A DNA stretch of 64,000 bases from Patescibacteria group bacterium (lineage in GTDB: Bacteria; Patescibacteriota; Microgenomatia; 2-02-FULL-39-11). The stretch lies in NCBI GenBank assembly GCA_023379265.1, contig JAMCUI010000012.1, forward strand, positions 27,936-91,935. Reading direction: 5' to 3'. Shown in pieces: positions 1-9,730 of this stretch. A program made the position numbers and the translations under genes. Position 1 is the stretch's first letter; each line of letters opens with the position of its first letter. The notes under the pieces were generated by a model. It was not told the origin of the DNA. It made no database searches and was given only the letters and a program-made list of their open reading frames with translations.

Positions 1-793
1 ACAAATTTTCTTTTTATATTCATTATCAAACCGGCGAATTGTTTCCATAAATTTGTCCACAGTCAGCCCATCCATATTCTGTGGATACAAACTTTCAGTT
101 TTAATATCCTCTATCTCAATCCTTTTGCCCAAAAGTCTGGCAAGAATTAGCGCTTTCCTTGCTACATCCATTCCAGAAAGATCATCCCTGGGATCAGGTT
201 CTGTAAAACCTCTTTCTTTGGCCTGTTTTACTGCTTGAGAAAATAACATCCCTTCCTCCAAATGGAAGAATATGTATCCGAGTGTACCGCTGAAACAACC
301 TTTTATCTCAGAAATACTGTCACCGGTATCGATAAAATTATTTAATGTTGAAATAACGGGTAAAGCCGCTCCTACTGTCGTCTCAAAAAATATTTTTTTT
401 CCGAAATATTTCTCCAACTGGTCAAATTGTTCTTGACTCTGCGTAAATGGCTTTTTATTGGATGTGACTACATATCCGCCATGACTGAAAGTTAACATAA
501 ACAACTCAAGTGTCTTATCAGATGCCGTCGTATCAATCAGGATAAACGGATCAGCAATTGCTTCTAACACCTCTTTTACATCTACTCCAGAAGATGTTTT
601 GGGAAAATTTTTTATCTTTTTTTCAGATAAGCCCTCCGCATCAAAAACACCTCCTTTTGAACCAAACATACCGCAATAATTCAAAAATATCCCGTACTTC
701 CTTTTCCATGAAGGGCTTACTTCCCCTATCTCCTTGATAAATTCTTTTCCTACATTACCGATACCCAAATGAATTATGTTAATCTTGTGCATT
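1..793 (-). CDS. hom: Homoserine dehydrogenase (partial, runs off the window start). ATG at 793 overlaps the aspartokinase stop.
   Basis: Hand translation of the minus strand gives MHKINIIHLGIGNVGKEF...GFTEPDPRDDLSGMDVARKALILARLLG. The second motif is the highly conserved HSD catalytic-domain signature, also present in E. coli ThrA. There is no stop within the window. Confidence 0.75.
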
Positions 794-1693
794 TTTTACT
801 CCTTTCCAGATTTTTGTTCCTGCAAATTCCGGCCTGAACGTATTTTTTACCCAGACAGTGATTTCTTTTTCTGCTACCGGCTTCAGAGCTTGAGGATGCA
901 GCACTTTTGCCCCCTTTTGAGCCATATCCAAAGCATCAACATAAGAAATCTCCGCAATAAATTTTGCATTATTACCCTTTTTGGGATCACCGGTAAATAT
1001 CCCATCCACTTCCTTCCATAAAACCACTTCGGAGGCATCCAGTGCATATGCAAGAATTGTAGCGGTATAATCTGATCCTCCTCTGCCCAACGTTACTACC
1101 TTTCCATCTTTTGTCCCTCCATAAAATCCTGTCACAACAGGAGTTACGCCTTTGAAAATGAGTTTGTAAATCAGCTGTTCCGTCATTTCCCGTGTTTCCT
1201 CAAGACTGACTTTGTAATTACCGCTCTCATTTGACAGAAGTATCAGCTCAGCACTATCTACTTCCCGTGCTCTCACTTTTATGTGTTGCAGTACGGCTGA
1301 AAGCAGAATGCAACTAAGCCTTTCCCCAAAGGAAACCACATAATCATAACCGCAATCTGCAAGTCCCCTCTTAAAAGTCAGACAAGTGATAAGTCTTCCG
1401 AAAAGTCCGACTAATTTTTCGTGGGTTTCCTCATACATTTCTCTTTTCAATTTCAGACCAGCCAGTGTTTCAAGATGCAATGTATAAAGACTGTTTAACC
1501 CCTCATAGGCATCAGCATACCGGCCATCCTTATAAAAATTGTAGACATCTATCAAAGTGTCTGTGACGCCTCGCATTGCAGAAACCACAACCACCACATG
1601 ACCGCCTGAAGAGTGGTCTTTTATGATATCCGCAACCCTTAATATATTTTGTGCTGACCCGACTGATGATCCGCCAAATTTCATGATTTTCAT
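779..1693 (-). CDS. Aspartate kinase, catalytic domain only (304 aa). No C-terminal ACT regulatory domains are visible.
   Basis: N-terminus MKIMKFGGSSVGSAQNILRVADII is the classic aspartokinase/amino-acid-kinase start, and the GFYGG...TLGRGGSDYTA motif is present. Confidence 0.7.
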   Translation of the reverse strand: MKIMKFGGSSVGSAQNILRVADIIKDHSSGGHVVVVVSAMRGVTDTLIDVYNFYKDGRYADAYEGLNSLYTLHLETLAGLKLKREMYEETHEKLVGLFGRLITCLTFKRGLADCGYDYVVSFGERLSCILLSAVLQHIKVRAREVDSAELILLSNESGNYKVSLEETREMTEQLIYKLIFKGVTPVVTGFYGGTKDGKVVTLGRGGSDYTATILAYALDASEVVLWKEVDGIFTGDPKKGNNAKFIAEISYVDALDMAQKGAKVLHPQALKPVAEKEITVWVKNTFRPEFAGTKIWKGVKNAQD

Positions 1694-1927
1694 TTAAGAT
1701 TCCCCCTTTTATATCCTTTTGCATTTACTAAAACTCGTTTCAAAACCAGAGCTAATTGGATTTGCGTCATTATCCATTCTTAAACGGTTTAGGTTTTGCA
1801 ACAGCTACTAATTCATGTTGTCTTTAGTCCACGCTTCATACGAGATTGGGTACAAAATAATGACTAGTAGTTCATCCCAGTAATTTTGACATCTTTACCA
1901 TGTTTGATTTGTGAAATAACCAACAAA

Positions 1928-1952
1928 AAAGACCTCCTTTTAGGAGGTCTCG
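1928..1952 (-). terminator. Rho-independent terminator for the sortase operon.
   Basis: Perfect hairpin gacctcc-tttta-ggaggtc, followed on the minus strand by TTTTTTG (plus-strand caaaaaa at 1921-1927). Confidence 0.55.
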
Positions 1953-2121
1953 TCAATTACTTATTATATTCCTACTACGAAACCTCCTTCAAAGAAGGAC
2001 CAATAGTAGTAGTGACAATAATAAAGCTTTTTCCTTTTAACATATTTTAATTTGAGCTATTCTAGCGCAATCTTTTGCATATTGTCAAGAGGTATTATTG
2101 TTATTTCACCGTCCTACAAAC

Positions 2122-2799
2122 TTAAACCCTTTTTGCGGTGACAATCAGCCTTTTGCTGTCGGCAAAACCGGTACATGTATATAACGTCAAAACCTCATCT
2201 TTTGTCGGAGCAATTACTTCAGTTTGAGACGGTAATACCTCCTGAATATTATCTATCTTATATTGGTACCATTTATCACTGGTAAAGACATAAACATCCT
2301 CTCCATCCTTTACATTTTTTAGAGGTAAAAACATCCCTTGCCTGGCGTGGGCAAAAATGACTTGGTTACCTTTTTCTCCAGGATAACCTGATCCCTCTCC
2401 CCATCCTGCACCGCTCGGAAATACTTCCCAATAACCGTTAACCACCTTTGCTTCCTTAACAGCTAAATCTATATCAACACTGGGAATAACAATACGAAGA
2501 GGAGTATACTGACTTTTTTTTGTCTGAACAGATAGAAGTGATTTATCCACTTTTACTGGTTCCTGGGAAAATGATGAGACCTCACCGTTTTGTGAGACGG
2601 TCTGATTGTCTACCGTATTATTGGCGGATGAATTTGAGCTTGCGGGAGTACCGGAGAGATAAAATCCTAAGCCAATAAAAAGGATCCCCCCGGCAAGAAG
2701 ATATAAACGGATTTTTTTCTTCTCGTTTTTGAGGATCCTTTTTAACGTGATCTCGGAACGTTTATTTCGACCTTTGACCTTACGTATAGTAGAAGACAT
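2122..2799 (-). CDS. Sortase (transpeptidase), membrane-anchored.
   Basis: N-terminal TM segment, active-site His context VIFAHAR, and the TLxTC motif LTLYTCTGF plus a downstream Arg. Confidence 0.8.
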   Translation of the reverse strand: MSSTIRKVKGRNKRSEITLKRILKNEKKKIRLYLLAGGILFIGLGFYLSGTPASSNSSANNTVDNQTVSQNGEVSSFSQEPVKVDKSLLSVQTKKSQYTPLRIVIPSVDIDLAVKEAKVVNGYWEVFPSGAGWGEGSGYPGEKGNQVIFAHARQGMFLPLKNVKDGEDVYVFTSDKWYQYKIDNIQEVLPSQTEVIAPTKDEVLTLYTCTGFADSKRLIVTAKRV

Positions 2800-3266
2800 A
2801 GCACTCCAGCAAGAAGTATTATATCAGATATGGAGAGCTCTGGACCCGATGTATACGAAAGTCCCAACACTTGTGGTCCTCCAATTCTTGCTCCAGTGCT
2901 TGTTCCACCACCTCCACCGCCACCCGAACTTTGACTCACTGACGGTGACCATCCGCAATATGGTCCATAATATGATTTCCCCGGTGCGCATGGATCTTCA
3001 GTAGAACTACTACCTGTGGAAGGCGCTGGTGTAGCAGTAGGACCTGATGGAGTTACATTGGATCCTCCACCTCCTTGTGTTGGTGTCGGCTGCCCTTGTG
3101 GCGGGTTGGTTGGAAGAGGAGGCACTGTTACCGTCCTCTCTATAGCAGGAGAAGTCGGCCTTGCCTCGGGCCTCTGCCACCAGTCTGCCAAAACGCTTCC
3201 ATTTAGCATCACACTTAGAATAAATACTATTCCAAATAAACTGATGACCGATACTAATTTTTTCAT
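2742..3266 (-). CDS. Secreted Pro/Thr/Gly-rich protein with a C-terminal hydrophobic anchor plus basic tail; putative sortase substrate.
   Basis: Signal peptide MKKLVSVISLFGIVFILSV, a PT-rich low-complexity body, and C-terminus ...LSYTSGPELSISDIILLAGVLCLLLYVRSK. Lies directly upstream of and overlapping the sortase gene. Confidence 0.5.
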   Translation of the reverse strand: MKKLVSVISLFGIVFILSVMLNGSVLADWWQRPEARPTSPAIERTVTVPPLPTNPPQGQPTPTQGGGGSNVTPSGPTATPAPSTGSSSTEDPCAPGKSYYGPYCGWSPSVSQSSGGGGGGGTSTGARIGGPQVLGLSYTSGPELSISDIILLAGVLCLLLYVRSKVEINVPRSR

Positions 3267-3311
3267 TTATTCACCTCCTTTCCCTTTTATAATAAAAATT
3301 AATATTTGCTT

Positions 3312-5819
3312 TTATAAAAGCACTTCAAGAAGCGCATTCACATACTTTCCCAGGTGAAACCTCTTTCTTCTTCTTATAAGTATCAGGAAAAATGCTAGTG
3401 GAACGATCGACAACCATGATTCATTTACATTCAACTTTGCTCCTCCCAAAAGCATCCCTGCAAAACTTGTTTCTGTAGCCTTGGCAAAAGCCGGAGACAC
3501 GAAACTTCCACGCAGCATTCTATTTTGTCCGTTGTTCTGGCCCAATATATATGTCTGAGGATCCTGTTGTAAATAATCCTGCGCTTGGTTTGCCAGTCGA
3601 TATCTTTGGTTTGCGACATTTGCAGATGCCTGATAGTAACTCGGCGGGTAATAATATTGAGTCTGCCCAGCCTGCTGCTGCTGCTGTGTCTGGGAGCCGC
3701 TTGTATCTGTCGGATAATAATATGAGTAATAAGTCTGTGAGTAATTTTGGCTATCAGCTGTTTGATTTGTTGCGTTCACACCGCCTATATTGGTATCTGC
3801 AGTATTAAATGACGGTAAAGGATCCAATGTCGGTGTAGGAGATATTGTGCCTTGTAAATTGTTATTGCTTCCTGTTGTACCTGAGTTATTCGTGTCTCCA
3901 CTTATGGCTGCAGTTGTCTGATTATAGTTTTGTCCGGGCGTCACCACGTTCCCAAGGAAATTACCAAATACATTCACCAGAAGTACGGCAAAATTCTTGG
4001 CTGTGACATTTGTATTAACCAGATTAACCAGGTTTAGTCCAACTTGAGCATTGCCCGTCTGTATTTGTCCTGCCCCCGTATTGTACTGGGCTTTATTATT
4101 CCCTGTGTCAGCATTGGCCGTAATATTGTTTACGATGCCGGCATTATTGTTGTTGGCGATGGAAGTATCTGACGTACTATTGTATGTTGCGTTGTTTGTC
4201 GATAAGGCACCAGTCCCACTATTGCTTACATCCGTAGTATACGTACCAGACCCTCCCCCTCCTGTTTGTTGCACAGGTAAACCGTTTGAAGCAGATGTCG
4301 CTCCCCACGGAGCTCCCATGATGTAGCCGACCCACTTGCCCATATCATTTACAATGACAAGCCATACAGTTCCATTCTCATCAACTGCGTTAGTATTGGC
4401 TACAGTACTATTACTGACTGAGGTATTGGAATTACCCGTAGTGACACTTCCTCCTCCTGTATTTATGGAAGCTGTGTTATTGCCTGTATTGGCAGTAGCG
4501 TTTACTGTACTTGCAATATCAGCGGTATTATTATTTGTGAAGTTTGTCGAATCTGAAGTGTTGGATGTGGCATTATTTGTTGATAACGCGCCAGTAGTGT
4601 CGTTGGTCACATTTGTTCCCGCACTTCCTGTGTTTGAAGCTGTAACATTTCCGGTGGAATTTTCAGTACTCCATGGCAAAACAATATTTCCCGCCAAAGT
4701 CCCATAAATGTTTACTACACCCATTAGCCAATTACTGACATTCAGATTGGAATTAACCATGTTTATAATGTTGCCAAGAGCTGTAGCATTTCCAGTCTGA
4801 ACAGTACCGTTACCCGTGTTGTAGGATGCACTGTTTTGACCGGTGACCGCCTGCAGGTTTATATCATTTACCAGTTGAGCATCATTTCCGTTGGCTTCTT
4901 TGACTGTAAAGGAATTATTTGCTGATGCATCATTGGATGAACCGGCTCCCGTCACTGAATTTTTGGATACTGTAGGAGAGGCGTTTGAAAATCCGCTACC
5001 AACGCTTGGATCACCTGTCTGAAAGACTATGTCCCCTGTCTGTGTACCGTATACATTGTATGTGGAAAAGCCACCCACACCGGTGATATTACTGTTTAGC
5101 TTATTTAAGAGATTTACTGCAGATTGGGTATTTCCAGTTGATACCTGACCGTTTAATGTATTCAGATCAGCATAGTTGAATCCAGTATTTGTGACTGCGT
5201 TTATCTTATTCTGAAGATTGGCCATGTTCTGGTTTAGAACTTGTTGCCAATTAGAATTGGTTTCCGAAGCGCTATTGGTGGACAAAGGACCCGTACCAAC
5301 ATTGGCCGGATCACTTACACCACTTGTACCTGTATCACCTGTTACCCCTGTCGGTCCGCTTGTATTTGATGTTCCTAAAACATTATCGGTGGTACCAGCA
5401 CCACCTGTTGAACTACTCCCTGTAGGTTGTGTCCCTGAAGCACCAGTCGACCCAGTTGTCCCAGTCGGCCCGGAAGGACTTGAAGGATTTGAAGCAGGTG
5501 GATCGCTACTTGTCGGAGCTGGAGAGCTTGTTGGCGATACAGAAGAATTGGTGGGCGCTGGAGCGCTTGTTGGCGCAGGTTGTGAAGGCGGTGATGTAGG
5601 AGCAGAAGCGCTTGTTGGCGCAGGTTGTGAAGGCGGTGATGTAGGAGCAGGATCACTTGGCGGCTTTGGAGCGCTTGGCGGGCTTGTAGGAGCAGGGGCG
5701 CTTGTTGGCGCTGGGGCGCTTTGCCCAAAGACCTGCGGCACCCACACCACGTTTCCTCCGGTAAATACCAGGCTCAAAATAAGTACAAAACTAATAATTT
5801 TTCTTATAAACTTATTCAT
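3312..5819 (-). CDS. Large (835 aa) cell-surface protein with a signal peptide, PAPTS tandem repeats, Asn/Thr/Gly-rich repeat modules and a C-terminal TM segment plus RRRKR.
   Basis: Signal peptide followed by repeated APTSPPSQPAPTSA, then motifs such as NTGNNTASINTGGGSVTTGN and DTGNNKAQYNTGAGQIQTGNAQ. A Q-run and YYYP follow, and the C-terminus is LSIVPLAFFLILIRRRKR. Confidence 0.6.
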   Translation of the reverse strand: MNKFIRKIISFVLILSLVFTGGNVVWVPQVFGQSAPAPTSAPAPTSPPSAPKPPSDPAPTSPPSQPAPTSASAPTSPPSQPAPTSAPAPTNSSVSPTSSPAPTSSDPPASNPSSPSGPTGTTGSTGASGTQPTGSSSTGGAGTTDNVLGTSNTSGPTGVTGDTGTSGVSDPANVGTGPLSTNSASETNSNWQQVLNQNMANLQNKINAVTNTGFNYADLNTLNGQVSTGNTQSAVNLLNKLNSNITGVGGFSTYNVYGTQTGDIVFQTGDPSVGSGFSNASPTVSKNSVTGAGSSNDASANNSFTVKEANGNDAQLVNDINLQAVTGQNSASYNTGNGTVQTGNATALGNIINMVNSNLNVSNWLMGVVNIYGTLAGNIVLPWSTENSTGNVTASNTGSAGTNVTNDTTGALSTNNATSNTSDSTNFTNNNTADIASTVNATANTGNNTASINTGGGSVTTGNSNTSVSNSTVANTNAVDENGTVWLVIVNDMGKWVGYIMGAPWGATSASNGLPVQQTGGGGSGTYTTDVSNSGTGALSTNNATYNSTSDTSIANNNNAGIVNNITANADTGNNKAQYNTGAGQIQTGNAQVGLNLVNLVNTNVTAKNFAVLLVNVFGNFLGNVVTPGQNYNQTTAAISGDTNNSGTTGSNNNLQGTISPTPTLDPLPSFNTADTNIGGVNATNQTADSQNYSQTYYSYYYPTDTSGSQTQQQQQAGQTQYYYPPSYYQASANVANQRYRLANQAQDYLQQDPQTYILGQNNGQNRMLRGSFVSPAFAKATETSFAGMLLGGAKLNVNESWLSIVPLAFFLILIRRRKRFHLGKYVNALLEVLL
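5528..5715. repeat. Tandem ~48-bp DNA repeats encoding the PAPTSPPSQ low-complexity linker.
   Basis: Near-identical units gcgcttgttggcgcaggttgtgaaggcggtgatgtaggagcag, repeated consecutively. Confidence 0.6.
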
Positions 5820-6072
5820 TCTTTATTTATTGTCATTCCGAACTTGTTTCGGCATCCGTTTTAATCATAAGTAGATCTTGAAATCTCGTCTTATGCGATA
5901 AAATATATTCATAACGATATAAAACAAAATTCCTTCTTTCTTTCACCAAAGCTATAAAACTAAACCCTACTTCAATGTTATTTAACTTCCAAAAGCTTTT
6001 TTGAGTACCGTTCTTCCTGGTGGGAACCCCTTTTCCTAGGATGGATTCCCACCAAGGAAAAAACGTCTTTTC

Positions 6073-7200
6073 TTATTGGATGACTGTCAAAGAATCATTT
6101 AGATGATTTGAGATAGTCTTCCAAAGATCTGACAATCCTGCCCATACTGCACCTCCGCCTGTGTTGTAGTTGGAAGCGTTTGATCCTGTATCAGCAACGT
6201 CAGTGTCACTGTTGGTGACGTTAGCATTGTTCGGATTGCTTACTGATGTACCGAAACTGTTTAACAGGGTTGTACGATTGTCAGAAAGAGGTCCGGTGAC
6301 ACCATTGCTGCCATCGTTGGCGAATCCGCCCATGGCCATCTGTATGGTAGTAGTACTTATGTTACCTTCGTTATTCATACCTACTCCCGCAGATGATCCG
6401 CCGGTTCCGATGTTTCCTCCAAGTGTATTGTAGGAAGCACCGTTGTTGCCGGAACGAGATACGACAGCTACGCTATTGCCCAAACTCAAATAGTTGGGAT
6501 TGTTAACTGTGGCATTTGCCGAATTAACAACGTCAACATAATCTGTAGAGAATGGACCGGTAGTGTCATTGGCAACGGAATTACCACCTGCTCCTCCTGC
6601 TCCAGCTGATATACCTGTTGCGCTATCATTCAGATGATTCTGAAGGTTAACGCCCAATACGGTAGATCCTGTCTGAACATTTGCCGGGCCGGTATTGTAA
6701 TTACCATTGTTGTATCCTGAATCAGCTGTTGCGTCCACAGTATTGCGAACATCAGCCTGATTACTGTTTACAACATTTACGCGCTGACTGTTTGTGATTG
6801 TGACTCTATTGTCAGAAGAAGGCCCAGTAATGTTGTTGGAACCTGAGTTATTGGCTGCGGACGGTCCTCCGGTTACTGTTGTTGTATTTATATTACCAAC
6901 GTTGTTTACAGTAGCATTCAGTGTTGCATTTCCGGTTGTTATGTTGCCTCCCAAAGTGTTGTAGGAAGCGCTATTGTGACCGGTATTTGATACTGCAGTG
7001 ACGCTGTTGGTCAAATTAAGACTGTTTGTATTTGACACGTTTACGTCACTCGTATTGGTAATATAGCAGTAATCGTGAGAGAGTGGTCCGGTTGTGCCGT
7101 TGCTGCAGTTGTTACCTGCCGCCATTGCTGGAATGACTGCTCCGATTAAAAGAGCAATTGATCCTGCTATAGTTGCAAATTTTTTCATTATTCTATTCAC
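6073..7200 (-). CDS. Secreted Asn/Thr/Gly-rich repeat protein (375 aa), paralog of the 9731..10318 protein.
   Basis: Signal peptide ...AVIPAMAAG, N-terminal Cys pair NNCSNGTTGPLSHDYC, and three ~75-aa modules containing SNTGHNSASYNTLGGNITTGNA-type motifs. The SD GGAGGTG lies 8 nt upstream of the ATG. Confidence 0.55.
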   Translation of the reverse strand: MNRIMKKFATIAGSIALLIGAVIPAMAAGNNCSNGTTGPLSHDYCYITNTSDVNVSNTNSLNLTNSVTAVSNTGHNSASYNTLGGNITTGNATLNATVNNVGNINTTTVTGGPSAANNSGSNNITGPSSDNRVTITNSQRVNVVNSNQADVRNTVDATADSGYNNGNYNTGPANVQTGSTVLGVNLQNHLNDSATGISAGAGGAGGNSVANDTTGPFSTDYVDVVNSANATVNNPNYLSLGNSVAVVSRSGNNGASYNTLGGNIGTGGSSAGVGMNNEGNISTTTIQMAMGGFANDGSNGVTGPLSDNRTTLLNSFGTSVSNPNNANVTNSDTDVADTGSNASNYNTGGGAVWAGLSDLWKTISNHLNDSLTVIQ

Positions 7201-7680
7201 CTCCTTCCGTTTTATGATGTATCAAGACTGTCTGCCTTCTGCTCCGCCCTAGGACTATGGCCTAGGATCTGACCTAGGTTAGGATAAGTTTTCAGTCTTG
7301 CCGCTCTCGCGGGTAAAATTTTTTCATAATGTCAGTAAGCTTTTCAGATACCGCTGTCAAATTTCCAAATAAAAAGAGGTAAGTCATCCCGGTTTATCGG
7401 GAATTCTTACCTCCGTTTGCGGTCGGTATTTTAGCGTCTAGATACTAGTCTCTAGATATCTTTAATATTGTGATTTGTCTTTTTGATATTTCTTTCAGTT
7501 ATCTGCGTGACCTTGAAATCCTGTACATAAATTTCCACAGAACCAAAACCACGCACATTTTTCAGCGCCTGTTTTATTTCTTCAACCAAATCGCGTGTAA
7601 CTTTCTTTGTCGAATAGTCCACCATCTCAGTATTTCAGGCAGTAAATGGGCAGAAAATAAAGGCAGTTATGAGGCAGAAA

Positions 7681-8262
7681 TCAGGAAGGAAAATTTACAG
7701 GAATTGTCTCCTTCTTGCCGTCAAGCTCTCCAACAAATAATTTGAAATTGCGCACGTTGTTTGGTACTACAAATCCCACCCTGTCAAGCTTTGTGGAAAT
7801 TGCTGCAATAGGCACAAGGTTGTTGTGCAAATCAGGTGCAAATTTATTGCCGTCATCATTATTATATGTAAGCCTGATGAGATCTCCGGGGAAAATATTC
7901 AAAGCTGTAGTGGTATCGTTTTTGTATTCCAGGTTCAGTATAAGAAAAAGCTTCTGGTTTGTAGCTGTGTAAGTTTTATCATTTACCATCACCTGATTTG
8001 TCTTTTCGGCGGAAGAAATAGTGAATATGATCTTGCTTTTGGTGGGTTTGCCCTGATTGTCTAAAGCGGTGAAATCAAAACTTTTGTTTATCTGGGCACT
8101 GACGCTTTTGGCGGCCTTGGTTGTGCCTTCAGACTGAGTACGGATAGCATTTACATTTACCGCAAAAGCCGCAAAAATCAAAACCACCACACCAACAACC
8201 AGTTTTTTATGCTCTTTTGCAAATTCCCGAATTTTTTTCAACCAATTTTGTGCTTTAGGCAT
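7681..8262 (-). CDS. Membrane-anchored hypothetical protein (N-terminal TM, extracytoplasmic beta-rich domain).
   Basis: Complete ORF with a TM helix VVGVVVLIFAAFAV. No recognisable catalytic motif. Confidence 0.4.
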   Translation of the reverse strand: MPKAQNWLKKIREFAKEHKKLVVGVVVLIFAAFAVNVNAIRTQSEGTTKAAKSVSAQINKSFDFTALDNQGKPTKSKIIFTISSAEKTNQVMVNDKTYTATNQKLFLILNLEYKNDTTTALNIFPGDLIRLTYNNDDGNKFAPDLHNNLVPIAAISTKLDRVGFVVPNNVRNFKLFVGELDGKKETIPVNFPS

Positions 8263-8482
8263 AATCTCAACGCGGATAAATTTCCGCCTGGTCTTTAATA
8301 TATTGGACAGGAGTAAATTTTAATTGGACAGCTCGGGACAGTGGAATCTTCTTTTTCTACGGACTTTGTGGCAGTTATGGCAGAAGTAAAAAGATGTTAT
8401 ACTGCCCGTCCTGACTTGTCAAGATGACAACACCATAACAAAATATATCAGACTATAGCTCTGTAGTGATAAAATTATGCTT

Positions 8483-9640
8483 TTACGCTACAAAAAAGCC
8501 TAAAGCATAGAATACAAAAAATATCAGCAGCAATATAAGAGAGGAAAAAGCATAAATAATCTCCAAAAATCTACCCGGTTTATACCTGCCCATAGACATG
8601 AATATCGGGAAAAATATGAGAGCGTAGCGGGAAACCCCATTCAATATATATCCCCGGTACTGAAAGAAATAAAACACAATAAAAAACACTAATAGAAAGA
8701 TCCAATCCTCCCTCCTGATTCTCCTGCGGGAAAAATAAAGATAAGTTATAGTACCGGCAGTTATGACAAAATCCATATCGTTGGGAAGATTCATAGGATT
8801 TGCCAAAAACACTTTCATTTGTGATAAAAGCGGATCCCATGGTAACGGTAATGATACACTCCAGGCAGAATTGACCTTAAAAGCGATAAAAGGTACACCG
8901 GTCATCGCATCCTGAAACCGGGCTATAAGTATAAATGACAATGGGATCAGAATTAAGAAAAGCAGAGCCGGGACTTTATTTTTTACTTCCCCGTTTTTCC
9001 AAAATATATATGCCAAAGGCAAAATCAGCGCACCACCGTATGGTTTGGTCACTGTAGCAAATGCGGCAAACACTGATGATAAAAACGGCCTTCCCTTTTT
9101 GGCGGATATAAGTGAAATCAGGACAAAAGAAATAAAAAGAGGTTCGGCATACGGGACAAGAAAGAAAAATGCTGCAGGAAAGACTGCATAGGCAACAAGT
9201 GATCTGATTGCGGCTTGCCTGTTATATTCCGTCAGGGCAATATAATAAAAGAGAAAGAATGCTATGGCAGTAAAAAATGTATTCAGGAAAAAAGCCGCTA
9301 CCGGAAATGTCGCCGGACTTATATCCGTAATTAATTTAACCATCCAAGGATAGAGAGGAAAAAACTTGGCTGTCAGAGGCTCACCTTTGTAATTTGTCTT
9401 TTCCACCTCCTCATACCAGAGAGCATCAAACCGGTGCAAAGGCTGGACGATATAATACCAGGGGTCATGCTGGTCGGTGGGAATATTGCGCACCAGATCC
9501 ATCTGCACAGTCGTCAAAGGGATTTTGGGAAATATGGAGAAAAGGGAAAAACCTGTAAAGGCCAAAAGCAGGCGAAGAAACAGGGAAAAAATCACTGATA
9601 GGATAATACCTGTCTTTATGTCTTTTTTATTTGGATTCAT
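8483..9640 (-). CDS. Polytopic integral membrane protein, GT-C-like (mannosyl/glycosyltransferase-like) fold.
   Basis: About 10 predicted TM helices and aromatic-rich loops. Overall resemblance to PMT/GT87-type membrane glycosyltransferases. Confidence 0.4.
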   Translation of the reverse strand: MNPNKKDIKTGIILSVIFSLFLRLLLAFTGFSLFSIFPKIPLTTVQMDLVRNIPTDQHDPWYYIVQPLHRFDALWYEEVEKTNYKGEPLTAKFFPLYPWMVKLITDISPATFPVAAFFLNTFFTAIAFFLFYYIALTEYNRQAAIRSLVAYAVFPAAFFFLVPYAEPLFISFVLISLISAKKGRPFLSSVFAAFATVTKPYGGALILPLAYIFWKNGEVKNKVPALLFLILIPLSFILIARFQDAMTGVPFIAFKVNSAWSVSLPLPWDPLLSQMKVFLANPMNLPNDMDFVITAGTITYLYFSRRRIRREDWIFLLVFFIVFYFFQYRGYILNGVSRYALIFFPIFMSMGRYKPGRFLEIIYAFSSLILLLIFFVFYALGFFVA

Positions 9641-9730
9641 TAAAAGGAAATATATATCCCTTGCCCATCAACGTCAAGAGCTCTCCTTTTGAGGGAGAGC
9701 TCTTAAACTATCCGGTAATCAAACGGTATT

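Noticed and set aside
5218-5874. 218-aa plus-strand ORF, plus several other 60-170-aa ORFs antisense to the large surface-protein genes (3016..3357, 4051..4326, 4336..4707, 6170..6433, 9765..10001).
   Set aside because: They lie entirely within, and antisense to, long low-complexity repeat genes with signal peptides and SDs. Their open frames are a by-product of repetitive GC-skewed codons.
7470-7745. 91-aa plus-strand ORF in the long leader region upstream of the 375-aa repeat-protein gene.
   Set aside because: No SD and no conserved features, and it overlaps the 3' end of the 193-aa minus-strand gene. The region is better explained as regulatory or leader sequence.
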